Assembly (NCBI RefSeq): GCF_006345805.1
Contig: NW_021836128.1
Span: forward strand, 62,001 to 126,000
Source of the DNA: Octopus sinensis
Lineage: Eukaryota
Length of the DNA: 64,000 nucleotides
Direction: 5' to 3'
Shown: positions 25,255-36,650 of the stretch, one piece after another
How the letters are laid out: the number at the start of each line of letters is the position of its first letter
Position numbering within the stretch: position 1 is the stretch's first letter
Notes under the pieces: model-generated
Databases searched by the model: none
Seen by the model: the letters and a program-made list of their open reading frames with translations, nothing else
What the model was told of the DNA's origin: nothing
Made by a program: the position numbers and the translations under genes

Positions 25255-26466
25255 TGTCGCAGGCGCTGGGCATTACCGAGCGCTACGGGTTACCCGAGTG
25301 GACTTAGAAAAAAATCAAGAAAAAATACTTGAAATTTTATGTTTCAAATTAATATACTTAATTTGATCAAACACGTAAAAAAAGTTATAATTTTTTTTAT
25401 GATATTTTTTAATTTGTTAAAATTATAATGCACAAAAACTTGCTTTAAAAATTACTATATTAAAATAAAATATATTTATTAAGATTTAATAATTGTTATC
25501 TTACATAAAAACAATTCTAAATGTATCTACTACAGATTTAATAAAAGAATAAGGCGTAAGACGTTTAAGCACTAAGGCTCCAAAATTTTCATATAACGTT
25601 ACACAGAAATTGAAAAAAACTTTTTTTATGGATTATAACTAAAATTTTAATTATTTTTGATCTTTATTTATTTTTTTGATTCGTTTCATGTGGGTTTTTT
25701 TCATTGTTCCGTCGGACATTCGTAATTCGACAATATTGTTTGACAATATACTAGAAATTTGTACAATCTCTCCGTATGGAGACTCGAATTTTTGAAGATC
25801 TAAGGATGGATTTGTCCCAAAATCTTTCTGAACCCTGACCTATGTTTTAGATCTCATTTGGTTGTGAGGCTATAATGTGGTTTTCAGGATCAACTATTTT
25901 TAGTGGTGTCGCAAATCGACATACACATTACGATACTACTTTCCTGATGATTTCGCGTTTAACACAAAAATATCTCTGATTACAAAACTCTTCCAACGTG
26001 TTATGTCCGCAATGAGTCATTTGATGAATTTGCGTAGCCACCAGTTGCATCTCCTCATGATTGTCTGCAGAAATGACTATTTTATGGTTTCCACGTGAGT
26101 CTTTAAGATATAGCCGCCCGGTAATGAAAGTAAAATTCTTGGACTTTCGAGTTAATCTTTATTTTTTTGTTTAGATATTCCAATGATCCCCTGCTCTTCC
26201 AATATTTTAACTATATGATCATATTCTTGTACAGTTTTGACAAAACAGCGAGGCATCAAGAAAACGTTATAGAATACGCATGGTAAATTATCTATTTAAA
26301 AATTATCAAATGCTGCGCCTTTTAAAAATATTGAAATTATATATTTATTAATTTTAAATATAATAACTAAAAAAATTTAGGTTTAATTTTTATAAAAAAT
26401 TCTTTAAATGTTAAATTTGAGCATTCAGTAACCCGTAGCGCTCGGTAACCGGTAGCGCCTGTGACA
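25255..26466 (-). mobile_element. Ginger-type non-autonomous deletion derivative (copy 3), intronless
   Basis: TG...CA ends with about 40-bp TIRs (tgtc[g/a]caggcgct...accgagcgctacgggttac) and a 5-bp TSD taata. Reads RKSKNFTFITGRLYLKDS...HQMTHCG...FATPLKIVDPENHIIASQPNE, joined directly to the C-terminal VRVQKDFGTN...; the catalytic core is deleted. Confidence 0.85.
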
Positions 26467-26535
26467 TAATACAATTGGGCTTTGAAATAAACAAGGCTCA
26501 TTCTTCAAAGAAGTATTAAATTCAAATAACTTGTA

Positions 26536-26706
26536 CAGTCTAACCTCTTTTTGGGGCACAGGGGTTTCCCCAGATAGAGGGGTTTTCTAATATTAACGAA
26601 AAAAACTAACGTTTTGTTAATTTAAAACCAAAAGCTGTTTATTCTTAATTTCATTTAACAATTTTAGTCTTTACTTGCTGAAAAATGCCATCTTCTATTG
26701 CATTAA
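26536..26706 (+). mobile_element. pogo/Tigger left-end remnant
   Basis: TA|cagtctaacctctttttggggc resembles the termini at 30631 and 51799. Confidence 0.55.
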
Positions 26707-27305
26707 TTGAAAAAATTTCGGCTAGGGACCCAGAGCAGTCTGTCGTCGAAACATCACCCGATCACCACTGCAGAAATTACCTGGGCCATCCGTTTGTCAA
26801 AAGGCAGCGCACCGGGCCACGACAAAATACCAATTCGGCTGTTTAAGGAAGCCTCCGAAGACCTACATGTGTTCCTTGCGGATCTGTTTACGGCAAGTCT
26901 CAAGTGGGGCCATGTGCCGGGAAAATGGAAAATCTCAGAGGTCCGGATGATCAAAAAGCCTGCGAAGCCTGTGAACCTCGCTAGCAGCTACCGTCCCATA
27001 AGCCTAATCCCAACTATCTCAAGGCTGATGGAAAAGCGCCTTTACTTCCATTCCGAAGAGAAGAGAGTGCTGCTAACGCAGCAATGGGGTTTTCGCTCTG
27101 GGCGTAGCTGCAGTGACTGTTTAATAACGATACAGTCAACGATTTCGAGAGCAATGTAATTCAAAGAGACTCTATCTCTTGTATGTCTGGACATTTCAAA
27201 AGCTTTCGACACCGTCTGGCACAAAGACCTACTGGAAAGGGTCCAACTCTGTGTGCCTACAGCGGAAGTCTACCTCTGGCTGCGCTGCTTTCTCTTCGAA
27301 CGATG
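26707..27305 (+). mobile_element. Jockey/I-group LINE reverse transcriptase fragment
   Basis: SAPGHDKI...KKPAKP...SYRPISLIPTISRLMEK...QWGFRSGRS...LDISKAFDTVWH. Confidence 0.88.
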
Positions 27306-27390
27306 AATACAACGATTTTGGAACATTTTCCATTTTTATTGTTTTTGTAATTTAATTTTCCTGAAAGAAATCATCAAAAAAAACTAGCTA

Positions 27391-27850
27391 CTATGAACTG
27401 GCTCGCAGGACTGAAAGACAATTCCCGCGTAAAACAGCCAGCGAGATCCTCTGAATAAGGAATATAAATTCCCTCGGATCTCTGGAGCGGTGGGTGCACA
27501 AGCGGCCAAGTTTCTTGAGATGAGCAAGCGTCTTGGCCCCAAAAACACAGGAAGTTTCGACGGCAATTGCCCAAAAGCAAAATCGATCGAGTAAATCCTC
27601 ATATTTTGTTAGTTTTGCGAATTCGGCCTTCTCGGCCGATGAACCGGGTCGACAAGCCGTAGCATTTAAGGCACCCTTGGCGAAAGAGTCGGAACAGGTG
27701 ACGTCCCAAACGAGCTGTTTCCCGGATTCAAAAGCGAACAGTGTACAGCCATCCGGACGTTTTGCATCTTCAAGAACAAGGCCCGTCGGTTCCAGAATAC
27801 AAGGGAAACCAGCTCTTTCCAGAGCTTTCTGAATTAGATTGTTGATTGAA
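27391..27850 (-). mobile_element. CRE-clade RLE 3' end, abutting the Jockey-like RT fragment in opposite orientation
   Basis: INNLIQKALERAGFPCILEPTGL...KRPDGCT...LVWDVTCSDS...AVETS...QRISLAVLRGN. Confidence 0.88.
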
Positions 27851-28713
27851 TAACACAATGATGCTATAAACCTATTATAAACAAAGATGTGGCGCCACAT
27901 CCAAAAAATGATGATTGTTTTGCATATTCAGATTTAAAAAAATTTACCCTTTATTTTCTAGAATCGCCTTTCTAGAAACGCCTATCATAAATTGATTTGT
28001 ATATATTTTTTGTTAAAAAAATTTGGCACGTGGAAATTTCAGAAATACAATCTCCTTGCAAATTAATTGTCGATTCTCTATGAAACAGAAATAAATATTG
28101 TTATCGCAGTCTTTATTTCAGATATCTGGACCATCATTGAGATATCCCCTCTGGTATTTACACTGTTTATAAGCTGCTAGGTAGAATTGTGTTTTAATTA
28201 AAATTATCTTAATTTTTAGTTACCCAATTATTAATAGAAAACATAATAAATAGTGGCACGTGTGAGCACTCTTTTGTCTTGTTGTCCTGTTACATTATTT
28301 GGTCAATCTTTATTTTTTTATTTAATTGGATTAGAAGGAATATTTTGCGATGTAGTTTCTTTTAATTAATAAATTATCTGAAATTTCATCATTTTGTAAT
28401 ATTTGCGAGTTTATTCTTTCAATCTGTTTATATCGCTTATTTGAAATCTTCTCATTTATCTTTATTCATTGAATTTCACCTTATTTTTTGATAGAAAGTT
28501 CTATTCTTTATATTCTTAAGGCAAACTTTTATTTATTTGTTTTTGGATTTGGCGATCTTGTATTTTAGCGCCCTAAAATTCAAAATGATCAATTTCTACC
28601 AAATTTTGATCATTATTGTTATATTTTTTTTCTAGACTTTTTTAAACTTTTTTTTTTCTTTTTTAAACTGAACACGAATTTAATTTTTGTTATATTATTT
28701 TTATAAATTATTA

Positions 28714-28760
28714 TGTCACAGGCCTAGGGTGTATTGAGCCTAGGTGGTTATACTTTCGGA
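28714..28760. mobile_element. Solo Ginger-like terminus
   Basis: tatta|tgtcacaggcct resembles the reverse complement of the right end at 26466 (tatta|tgtcacaggcgc). Confidence 0.4.
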
Positions 28761-28899
28761 CCTGGAAAAAAATTCAAAAAAAATATTTGAATTCTATTTC
28801 AAAATCTATTTTGTCAAGATAAATATTATAAAATGACAAATAACAGAACAAAATTTTTTATTGTAAAGAACAAGAGACTGTATACCACATATACCAGGA

Positions 28900-29200
28900 G
28901 GAGGAGGAAAAATTTATTAGTTAAGGGAGGCAGTTAAAAACTAACTAAGTAGACCTTCGGCATCGCTGCCTTTTCAGTCTCCATCACACACACGCCTCCC
29001 TACACACAACCACAAGTTAAGACTTACCGCCTTACCTGCCATCCAGAAATAATCTTCTCTAGGACCTCAGAGAGGCCTTTGAGGGATGATTCCTGGGCGT
29101 CGGAGAGCTCAGTCCGGAATCCTAAGCCATAGGCTAGCCTTATGGCTCGTCTTCTTACTTTTTTAAGCACGTCAACATGCTTATCCGAACTTGCAAAAGC
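28900..29200 (-). mobile_element. LINE 3' end (RT thumb/C-terminus plus UTR) fused to the viral L fragment
   Basis: ASSDKHVDVLKKVRRRAIRLAYGLGFRT...*, resembling the thumb motif LEKVQRRALRL. Confidence 0.6.
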
Positions 29201-29655
29201 CATTTCCCATTTTTGCGAAAATAATGCTTTGTCAATTTCTCCGCCAATAGGGACGTAAGCTTCTCGACGTATGGTCCTTCAACCAACTAGGCCAAGTAGT
29301 TTGCGAGTGTAACTTTTCCAACCCCTTCTGCCAATCAATGTATGGATGGCCCCAATGACTGTGTATCCATAAAAGACCATCACATCATGAGGGTTTGTTA
29401 GTGAAGAGGCCTCACGATACACGTCCTCAATCACAGGGTCAATCAATTTGAGTTCCTTAATGGTCGCTTCTACAAACCCTTTAAAGTCAGTCAACGGGAG
29501 GGCTTTAGTGTCTGATTCGGCTAGTTGGGTGACTCTTAACATGCTGAATGACTCTATAGTCTTGATTATCTTGTAAGAATCATTCCCTTTTCGAGCAATC
29601 AGCATGTCATAGCGATCGTAAGTTCGAACCAGTTTCTCGATTATTATCCACAAAA
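29200..29655 (-). pseudogene. Endogenous viral element: rhabdovirus-like L (RdRp) N-terminal region
   Basis: KGNDSYKIIKTIESFSMLRVTQLA...VMVFYG-(frameshift)-HWGHPYIDWQKGLEKLHSQ-(frameshift)-YVEKLTSLLAEKLTKHYFRKNGKW. This is collinear with recalled VSV L: QGNFSYDLIKMVE...IYGSFRHWGHPFIDYYxGLEKLHSQ...YAKALASDLA...KKW. Confidence 0.85.
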
Positions 29656-29666
29656 TTTGCAAGTTC

Positions 29667-30090
29667 AATCAATCATACGCTACCTGGGGCTTACAATCGA
29701 CGCTAACTCGGGCTACCGTCTGCATGTCAAGAAAAAGAGAGCGAAAGCCATAGCGGCTCTTCGCCTCTTAAGAAGCATGCATCTGGATCCTAAGACATTC
29801 CTCTTTGTGTTCCATGCAACTTTCCCAGCTTGCTGTACGGAATGGAAACATGGTACTACTCGAAAGATCTTGAGAAAATTTACGGGAAATGCGAGAAAAT
29901 CCGACGCTACGCGTTGAAGCTATCTTTCAGGCTTGACCCGCGAGGCCCCGTCCCAAGTTGGGCGGAGACCAGATCCCCGGAGATACGACAGGTCATTGAG
30001 AAATCTATCCGGTCTTTCCGGAAAAGAACTCAGCTGCACTCGTCAGAAATTAATGAACCTACTTTATTAACTCTGGCTCACGACAGATGA
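29667..30090 (+). mobile_element. LINE RT palm/thumb fragment lying between the viral N and L fragments, on the opposite strand
   Basis: IIRYLGLTID...HVKKKRAKA...LYGMETW...KIRRYALKL. Confidence 0.75.
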
Positions 30091-30103
30091 ATTGGACGCA
30101 AGC

Positions 30104-30417
30104 TCAGAAGAGTTCAGTTTCCTTGCTCAGAAGGTCATATTTTATTGCTTTTTCTATCGCATATTCTTGTGCAGTGAGCGCCGGAGTCTCCCCCGTTGTT
30201 CTGTATGTCTCATGCATGATAGCAAAGAGGAAACCGTTTACCATTGCTTGAGGATTTGGAGTAATAGATCGCGAGAACATGAACTTTGGGTGTTTAATCA
30301 TGGCTGCGATTGCACTGGTGTACATGAAGTAACCAGGAAGGGACATCGAACTAAAAGCTGAAGCTTTAACTAAACCAAGACCCTTCTGATAGATGCAAAG
30401 ATGGTCAGGGTCTAAGA
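30104..30417 (-). pseudogene. Endogenous viral element: rhabdovirus-like nucleoprotein N, C-terminal part
   Basis: VLDPDHLCIYQKGLGLVKASAFSSMSLPGYFMYTSAIAAMIKHPKFMFSR resembles recalled VSV N DKADSYMPYLIDFGLSSKSPYSSVKNPAFHFWGQLTALLLRSTRARNAR. Confidence 0.8.
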
Positions 30418-30630
30418 CAGGCCTGGCCAACCCAAATCGCATCGCGGGCCACTTTGTCCAAATGAATCCTTTCCGCGGGCCGCATATACATGTACATACT
30501 AAGGATAGATATCAAACACACAGATAAGATTTTATATTAGTAAAATAGCATTCAGTCCAATTATACGTATCAATGAGAAATCTGTTTTTCTTTATCTTCA
30601 CTTAATTTTTTCAAATCAACTTCACAATTA

Positions 30631-33600
30631 CAGTGCGACCTCGAATTGGGGAAAACCAAGTAGCGGGGAAACCCTCTTTTTTGGGGAAAACCTTGCTTTT
30701 GGGGAAATATTTTTGCCATCCCTATAAAATACGATGATTTTTAATGAAATAAACCCCCTATTATTATTATTATTATTAGCACTGTCATAGGAACATAATG
30801 TAATTTAAACTAATTAAGTTCCCACATGTGCCACATATGAGACTATCTTTTCGGTCATAATTTTCCATGATGTGCGGTTGTATGCTATACTCCTGAGAGT
30901 ATCTAGGTCGTCTCCATTTTCCAGTTGTCTTTTAACGCGTTGTAGTTCTTTTGAGATTACAATAGGTAATGTATTTCGTGGGCGTCCTCGGGACGCAGAT
31001 CTTTCGTCCTTTGCGTAATATGATTCCATTGCCCAGTTAGCATAAACATCCTGGTCGAGTCTTAGAATGTGGCCCAATAGGCGCCAACGTGCTTCGGTAA
31101 TGTCCACACTGACGGGTCTGCTGTTGCAGATATTGTATAGGGTGGAGATAAATACGTGAAAGCTTTATTAATATCTTAAATACGTGAAAGCTTTATTAAA
31201 CTCTCGAATATCAGAAGTTGAAGACTTAAAGGATGGTGCGCAAATGTACGCAGCCATCAGACTACTACGCCGACGACAACAGAAAACAAAACTGGTTGTG
31301 CACGATGAACATGGGAAAACAATTGGAAACCCAATCGAAATGGTAAATACAATCGCCGACCACTTCGAAATACTATTCAATGGCAGGGCCGATGCTCTCG
31401 ATGAGGATGAAGAACGTTATCTAAACAACAAAATAACACACCTTGAAGTTTTGAAGGCTATAAAAAATTAAAAAACAACCGTGCGGCGGGTCCAGACAAC
31501 ATCAACGGTGAATTGATAAAGTACTCCCCAATGGAGATCTCAACTATAATCACAAATCTCCTGAACGAGATGTTCCATGGAAATACCATACCGCCTATTG
31601 GGAAAGGAACGCTAATTCCTCTCCAAAAACCCAACAAGCCGCAAGGTCCTCTTAACAACATTCGCCCAATCATACTCTTGAACACAATAAGGAAAATCTT
31701 CTCGCTCGTAACACTGGAACGTATTAAGGACCCTGTTAATGAATATCTGTCGGCTAGCCAAAGTGGATTCAGGCCTGGGCGATCAACTGCAGATGTAGTA
31801 TGGGGACATAGATGGATCTGTGCCATATCTCAGAAATTTAAAATGGCGACCACAATATTGGGCATTGATATGAGCAGGGCATTTGATACAATCCGCAGAG
31901 ACAAGCTAATGGAGATCCTCAAAACTATTCTTGACAATGACTCGATCAGAATGGTTCGAGCACTACTTATAGACACCGAGTTAACGGTGAAGATCGGACC
32001 CGTACAATCAAGATCTTTCAAAACAAGCATTGGAACGCCCCAAGGTGATTCAATATCACCTGTACTATTCATTGTCTATCTTGAAGCGGCACTAAGAGAT
32101 CTGAGAAAACTAGTGAAGTCTACTTCAATAACTGAAGTGATATATGCCGACGATGTAGACTTTTTGTCTCATGATAAGTCGACTCTCGAAGAACTGCTGA
32201 ACATTGCTCCTCAGGCACTGGAAAAATGGTTCTTAAAAGTGAACATAGAAAAAACCGAATATGTAACAATCAACCGGGAGGCAAATAGAACAGACGAAAA
32301 ATGGCGAAACTCGAAAAAAGTTGGAACTCTTTTAGGAGATAGTGAAGACATTATGAGGAGAAAGATGCTATCGACTGTTGCACTTAACAAACTGCGGACA
32401 ACTTGGCTACGAAACCGCGAGGTTGGAACGGCCTTACGTGCCAAATTATACAATGCTTTTATTAAACCCATACTTTTGTACAACGGAGGAACATGGGGAA
32501 TATCTGAGTCTGAATCAAAATCTCTTGATGCATTCCATAGAAGACAGTTAAGAATTCTTATTGGCATCAACTGGCCAAAGAAAATCATAAACCCCCTACC
32601 GGGGAAAAATTTTATATTATCATAAACGATTAATTAATATATTTGTATAATTTTTGATTTATTATTATTTATTATTGTAACCTGTTTTTCCAAATTTGTA
32701 ATCAATAATTTTAAAATTTATTTAACCTGGTAACTTAGTTAGTTAGCTAATTAACCTGATAAAAATTGAAATTATCAATTTTTAAAGTTATTTTATAAAT
32801 TTTAGAAAGCCAATGCCTAGAAAACTAAATCAAAGTGAAAAGATCAGAATTTGCAAGGATATACAGTCGGGTCATAAGGACAAAATGATTTGTGAAAGAT
32901 TTAACATCTCTAAAGGAATGCTATACCGACTAAAAAAGAAAAGGGAAGGAATCTTAGCTCAAGGTTTCTCAACATCCGAAGGGACAATTGGATACGATTT
33001 GAATGCCCAAGTTTACGAGATTTTCGTAATCTCAGGTCGAAAGGTTTCCCAATTAATGGGCCAACCTTAAAGCTTATTGCACGTAAAATTGCGTATAGAA
33101 ATTCAAATCATGATTTCACTGCTTCTAATGGATGGCTTTACAGATTTAAGAAACAATTCGAAATAAAATTCAGAATATTACATGGCGAATCACGATCAGC
33201 TGATAAAGAAGGTGCGGAAAACTTCCGATCAACTTTCAATGATTTGCTTGAAAACTATGGGGGAAAAAACATTTTCAACTGTGATGAAACTGCATTATTT
33301 TATAAAGCTGTTTCCAAAAAGAGTTTTGTTGAAAAAAATGCAGTTCTTTTGTGTTGCAGTTACACAGGAGAAAAATATAAACCGCTTATAATTGGGCGTA
33401 CGAAGTCACCAAGAGTATTAAAAGGTGTGAATCTGAGAGAAATTGGCATTGAATATGATGCTTCGTGCAAAGCCTGGATGACAAAAATATTTTTGAAAAT
33501 TGGTTATCTCGATTTAACGAGGAAATGAGAGAGAAAAGAAGGAAAATAGCATTGTTAATTGATAATGCAACTTGTCATGCTGTTTCTCTCAAACTTTCAA

Positions 33601-34305
33601 ACGTCGACGTAATATTTTTTCCAAAAAATACAAGTTCCTTAATTCAGCCATGTGACCAAGGGATAATAAAGCCATTTAAGAATCATTTTAATAACTGGAT
33701 TATGAAAACAATTATCTATGATAAAAATCCTGCAGGGCAAATAGATGAAGCAATAAAGGGAATTACAATATTGGATGCTATTTCATGTTCGAAATTGGCA
33801 TGGGACGAGATTACAGACACTTCAATACAACATTGCTTTGAAAAAGCTTTGGAATATGACTGTCGGGAAAAAGAGGACATCGAAGAAAGTCTGATTAATT
33901 CCGATATTGTGGAAAATGCGATTTTTGAGAGTTTCTGGGATGATAACAGTAGTGATGAAGAAGACTGCAGCGAACAATTTATGGAACATTTGGATGATCA
34001 ACAAGTTATAAACAATACGGAATGCGCATTCACAATGCTGCTAAATGTTATTAAGCAAGAGACTCCGGAAAATGTACTTGATCTATTCAGATTCAAAGCA
34101 AATATTATGAGTTCGATGCGAAAAAAACAAAACACTCGATTAAAATTAACTGATTTTTTTATTAAAAATAAAAATTGTAGTTATCCGTCTCGGTTATATT
34201 ATTAAGAGAGATATCGAACAGGCGAGACCTAAATTTAATGAAAAACCTTTTTTTGGGGAAAACCTCAAAATTGGGGAAAAATTTCCCCAATTCGAGGTCG
34301 CACTG
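30631..34305 (+). mobile_element. pogo/Tigger DNA transposon (HTH-CENPB + DDE_1), frameshifted, containing the RTE insert
   Basis: TIR cagtgcgacctcgaattgggga with TA TSDs. ORF pieces at 32813-34205 (ASNGWL, FNCDETAL, LIDNATCH, IQPCDQGII). Confidence 0.93.
30761..32586 (-). mobile_element. RTE-clade LINE with (TAA)n tail, 5' inversion and 12-bp TSD
   Basis: ataaacccccta at 30749-30760 and 32587-32598. The C-terminal part (RWRLLGHILR...RGRP) is on minus at 30814-31150. The RT (QSGFRPGRS, DMSRAFD, PQGDSISP, YADD) is on plus at about 31180-32586. Confidence 0.92.
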
Positions 34306-36194
34306 TACTAGTTGCACATCTTAATTGGTTTTCTAAGTTTTTATCTGTTAAAGAAGATCTATATCTACTTTTACTAAACTTTAATTTCGAAAAGAATGAT
34401 TCACATACGTAAGTAGATCCAAAGGAGCTTACAACTCTTTGTGCAAAAATTCTTAAGTTGGGATATTTTTCTGCAGTCACATATTTGTTATAAAAGTCAA
34501 TTTTGGATATAGTAGGATAAACAAGTCTTAGTTCACTGTTGCACTGTAGGTCAATTATTTCCGTCTGCAAAGTATTTGAAACAATAGAAACGTCAACATG
34601 AAATGGAGAAGAAAATGTTTCAAACATTTTCTCATATTTTTTAGTTCCGAGAATCGACTGTCAAATGCTGCAGCAAGATTTTTTATTTCATCAGCGTACT
34701 TGAAGAAATTTTTACAATGGCTGATTTTAAATTGATTTAGCGTTGGAAAATGTTGATCATTTCCATTTCTTATTTGACATTCAAACAATGACAATTTCAT
34801 TCGAAATGCTTTGACTTGATGGCATGCATTAGTAATCAAATTATCCTGTCCTTGTAACTCCTTGTTTAATTGATTAATTTTTTCGGTTATATCTACCAAA
34901 AAGCACAGATCTAGCATCCATTCTTCATCATTTAATTCAGTTAATGTCATTTTCTTATGCATCATAAAACTTTTGATTTCTTCTCTCAAGTCGAAAAAAC
35001 GTTTTAAACATTTTCCGCGACTCAGCCATCTGACATTGGAAAAATACACAAGATCACCATAGTGAGAATATAACTCGTTCAATAATTCTTTAAACTGGCG
35101 ATGTTGAAGTGCATGAGAACGAATGAAGTTTATAGTTCTTACAACCACACTCATAACATGGTTCATAGACAACACTTGCGCGCACAAATTGTGTTGATGT
35201 ATCAAGCAGTGTATTACAAATAAATCATTTTTTATGCTTCTTGACTCCATCTCATCCATTATTAGCTTTACAACTCCTTTATTTCTTCCAATCATAGCCG
35301 GCGCCCCATCTGTTGTCAATCCAGCAAGGGTCTCTAAATTCGCTCCATTGTCGGATAAACATTTCATAACAGCTTGGAAAATATCTTCGCCCTTTGTAGT
35401 ATCTTTCAAACTGACAAGGTTAAGCATTTCTTGTTTCACTTGAAAAGATTCGGTAACTCCACGAATATATACTACAAGTTGAGACGTGTCTGATATATCC
35501 GTGCATTCGTCAAAGGCCAAAGAATAACTTTTGAAATATTTTATTTGATCACGCAAAGTCACCACAATTTCATTTGAAATGTCATTAACCCTGCGACATA
35601 TGGTTTGACGTGACAAGCTAATGTTTGAAAACTTTTTAGTTTTATCTGGCAAAATGTCTTTCACGACAGCATCCAAACACTCTTTTACGAATTCTCCATC
35701 CGAAAATGATTTCATTCTCTTTGAAATTATCATTGCAACAGAGTAGCTTGCTTTAACAGTATCAGAAGAAGAGTGTATCGATGAATTTAATAGTCTTTGC
35801 TGATTTCTCAATTCAGATTTAAGCGAATCCAGTTTCCTTGTTTTCAATTCCTTACTAAATTTCGCGTATTCGGAATGCTTTGTTTCATAATGTCTTCTTA
35901 CATTGTACTCTTTCACCACCGATACTTTCTCCTTGCAAATTAAACATGTTGGCTTGGAATTATACATTATAAAAAGTAATCTTCTTCCCAATGATTGCTG
36001 AATTGCCTGTTTTCTTCAAAAATTTTCCTTTTCTTCATATTGATAACAGCTACAAAAATAGATAAACTTTAAAATTTATTAAACTTATAAAATTTATCTT
36101 TATTTATTAAACTTAAGAAAAATTTATCTTGAATGTATTTATAGGTTAACTACATACAAAATTTCTCTCGCGGGCCTTGGGTTGGCCAGCCCTG

Positions 36195-36640
36195 GTCTAA
36201 GACCTTAAAGCAATGGCCTATAAACCTGCTCACTTCATTCACATGTGCCGGAGCAAATAACGATTCGACCATGACGGCTCTCCAATTCTCTCGGGAAAGC
36301 TGCACATAATGAAACCACTCTTGATAATACAGCATTTCCAGCATTGTAGAATGGAATAGTGCAGAAACGGAGTGCAGACATTGGGTCCTCTGGGCAACTA
36401 TAAAGCATTTTGTCTAAAAGGCAGCACAATTTGTCGATATCTCTATCTGGCAAGTATTTCTGATACATTTTTAAAATAAATGTTCTTTCCGGTTGATAAG
36501 TCGGGTCGAGATTTCTCATCACGGAGTGATATCTTTTAGTCAGAGGATCGATTGCATCAGGATTTCTTTCGGCAGCATGTGCAAGATATTCGGCAGGCAA
36601 TTTGGCCGGAGCACAACACACATAAAGCTTTGTCTTTTAA
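36195..36640 (-). pseudogene. Endogenous viral element: rhabdovirus-like nucleoprotein N, upstream part, continuous with 30104-30417 across the hAT
   Basis: DRDIDKLCCLLDKMLYSCPEDPMSALRFCTIPFYNAGNAVLSRVVSLC resembles recalled VSV N DSNYTKIVAAVDMFFHMFKKHECASFRYGTIVSRFKDCAALATFGHLC. After one frameshift it reads ESLFAPAHVNEVSRFIGHCFKVLD. Confidence 0.78.
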
Positions 36641-36650
36641 AAATAAAATA

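Larger units (their letters stand above)
30418..36194 (-). mobile_element. hAT (GTF2IRD2/SPIN-like) DNA transposon containing nested pogo and RTE elements
   Basis: TIR cagg[c/g]ctggccaacc at both ends. 8-bp TSD gtctaaga at 30410-30417 and 36195-36202. Transposase ORFs at 34555-35991 and 34265-34627. Its C-terminus (...RCATSNCEVDLKKLSEDKEKQISH*) is restored on removing the pogo element. Confidence 0.95.

Noticed and set aside
30092-30361. Plus-strand ORF with CSVC...ETVYHCL resembling a LINE zinc finger
   Set aside because: It is the antisense of the viral N fragment, which matches much better and continues across the hAT TSD.
36235-36621. Initial reading as a second L-protein fragment (SALRF resembling the capping HR motif)
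   Set aside because: The collinear match to rhabdovirus N and in-frame continuity with 30104-30417 explain it better.
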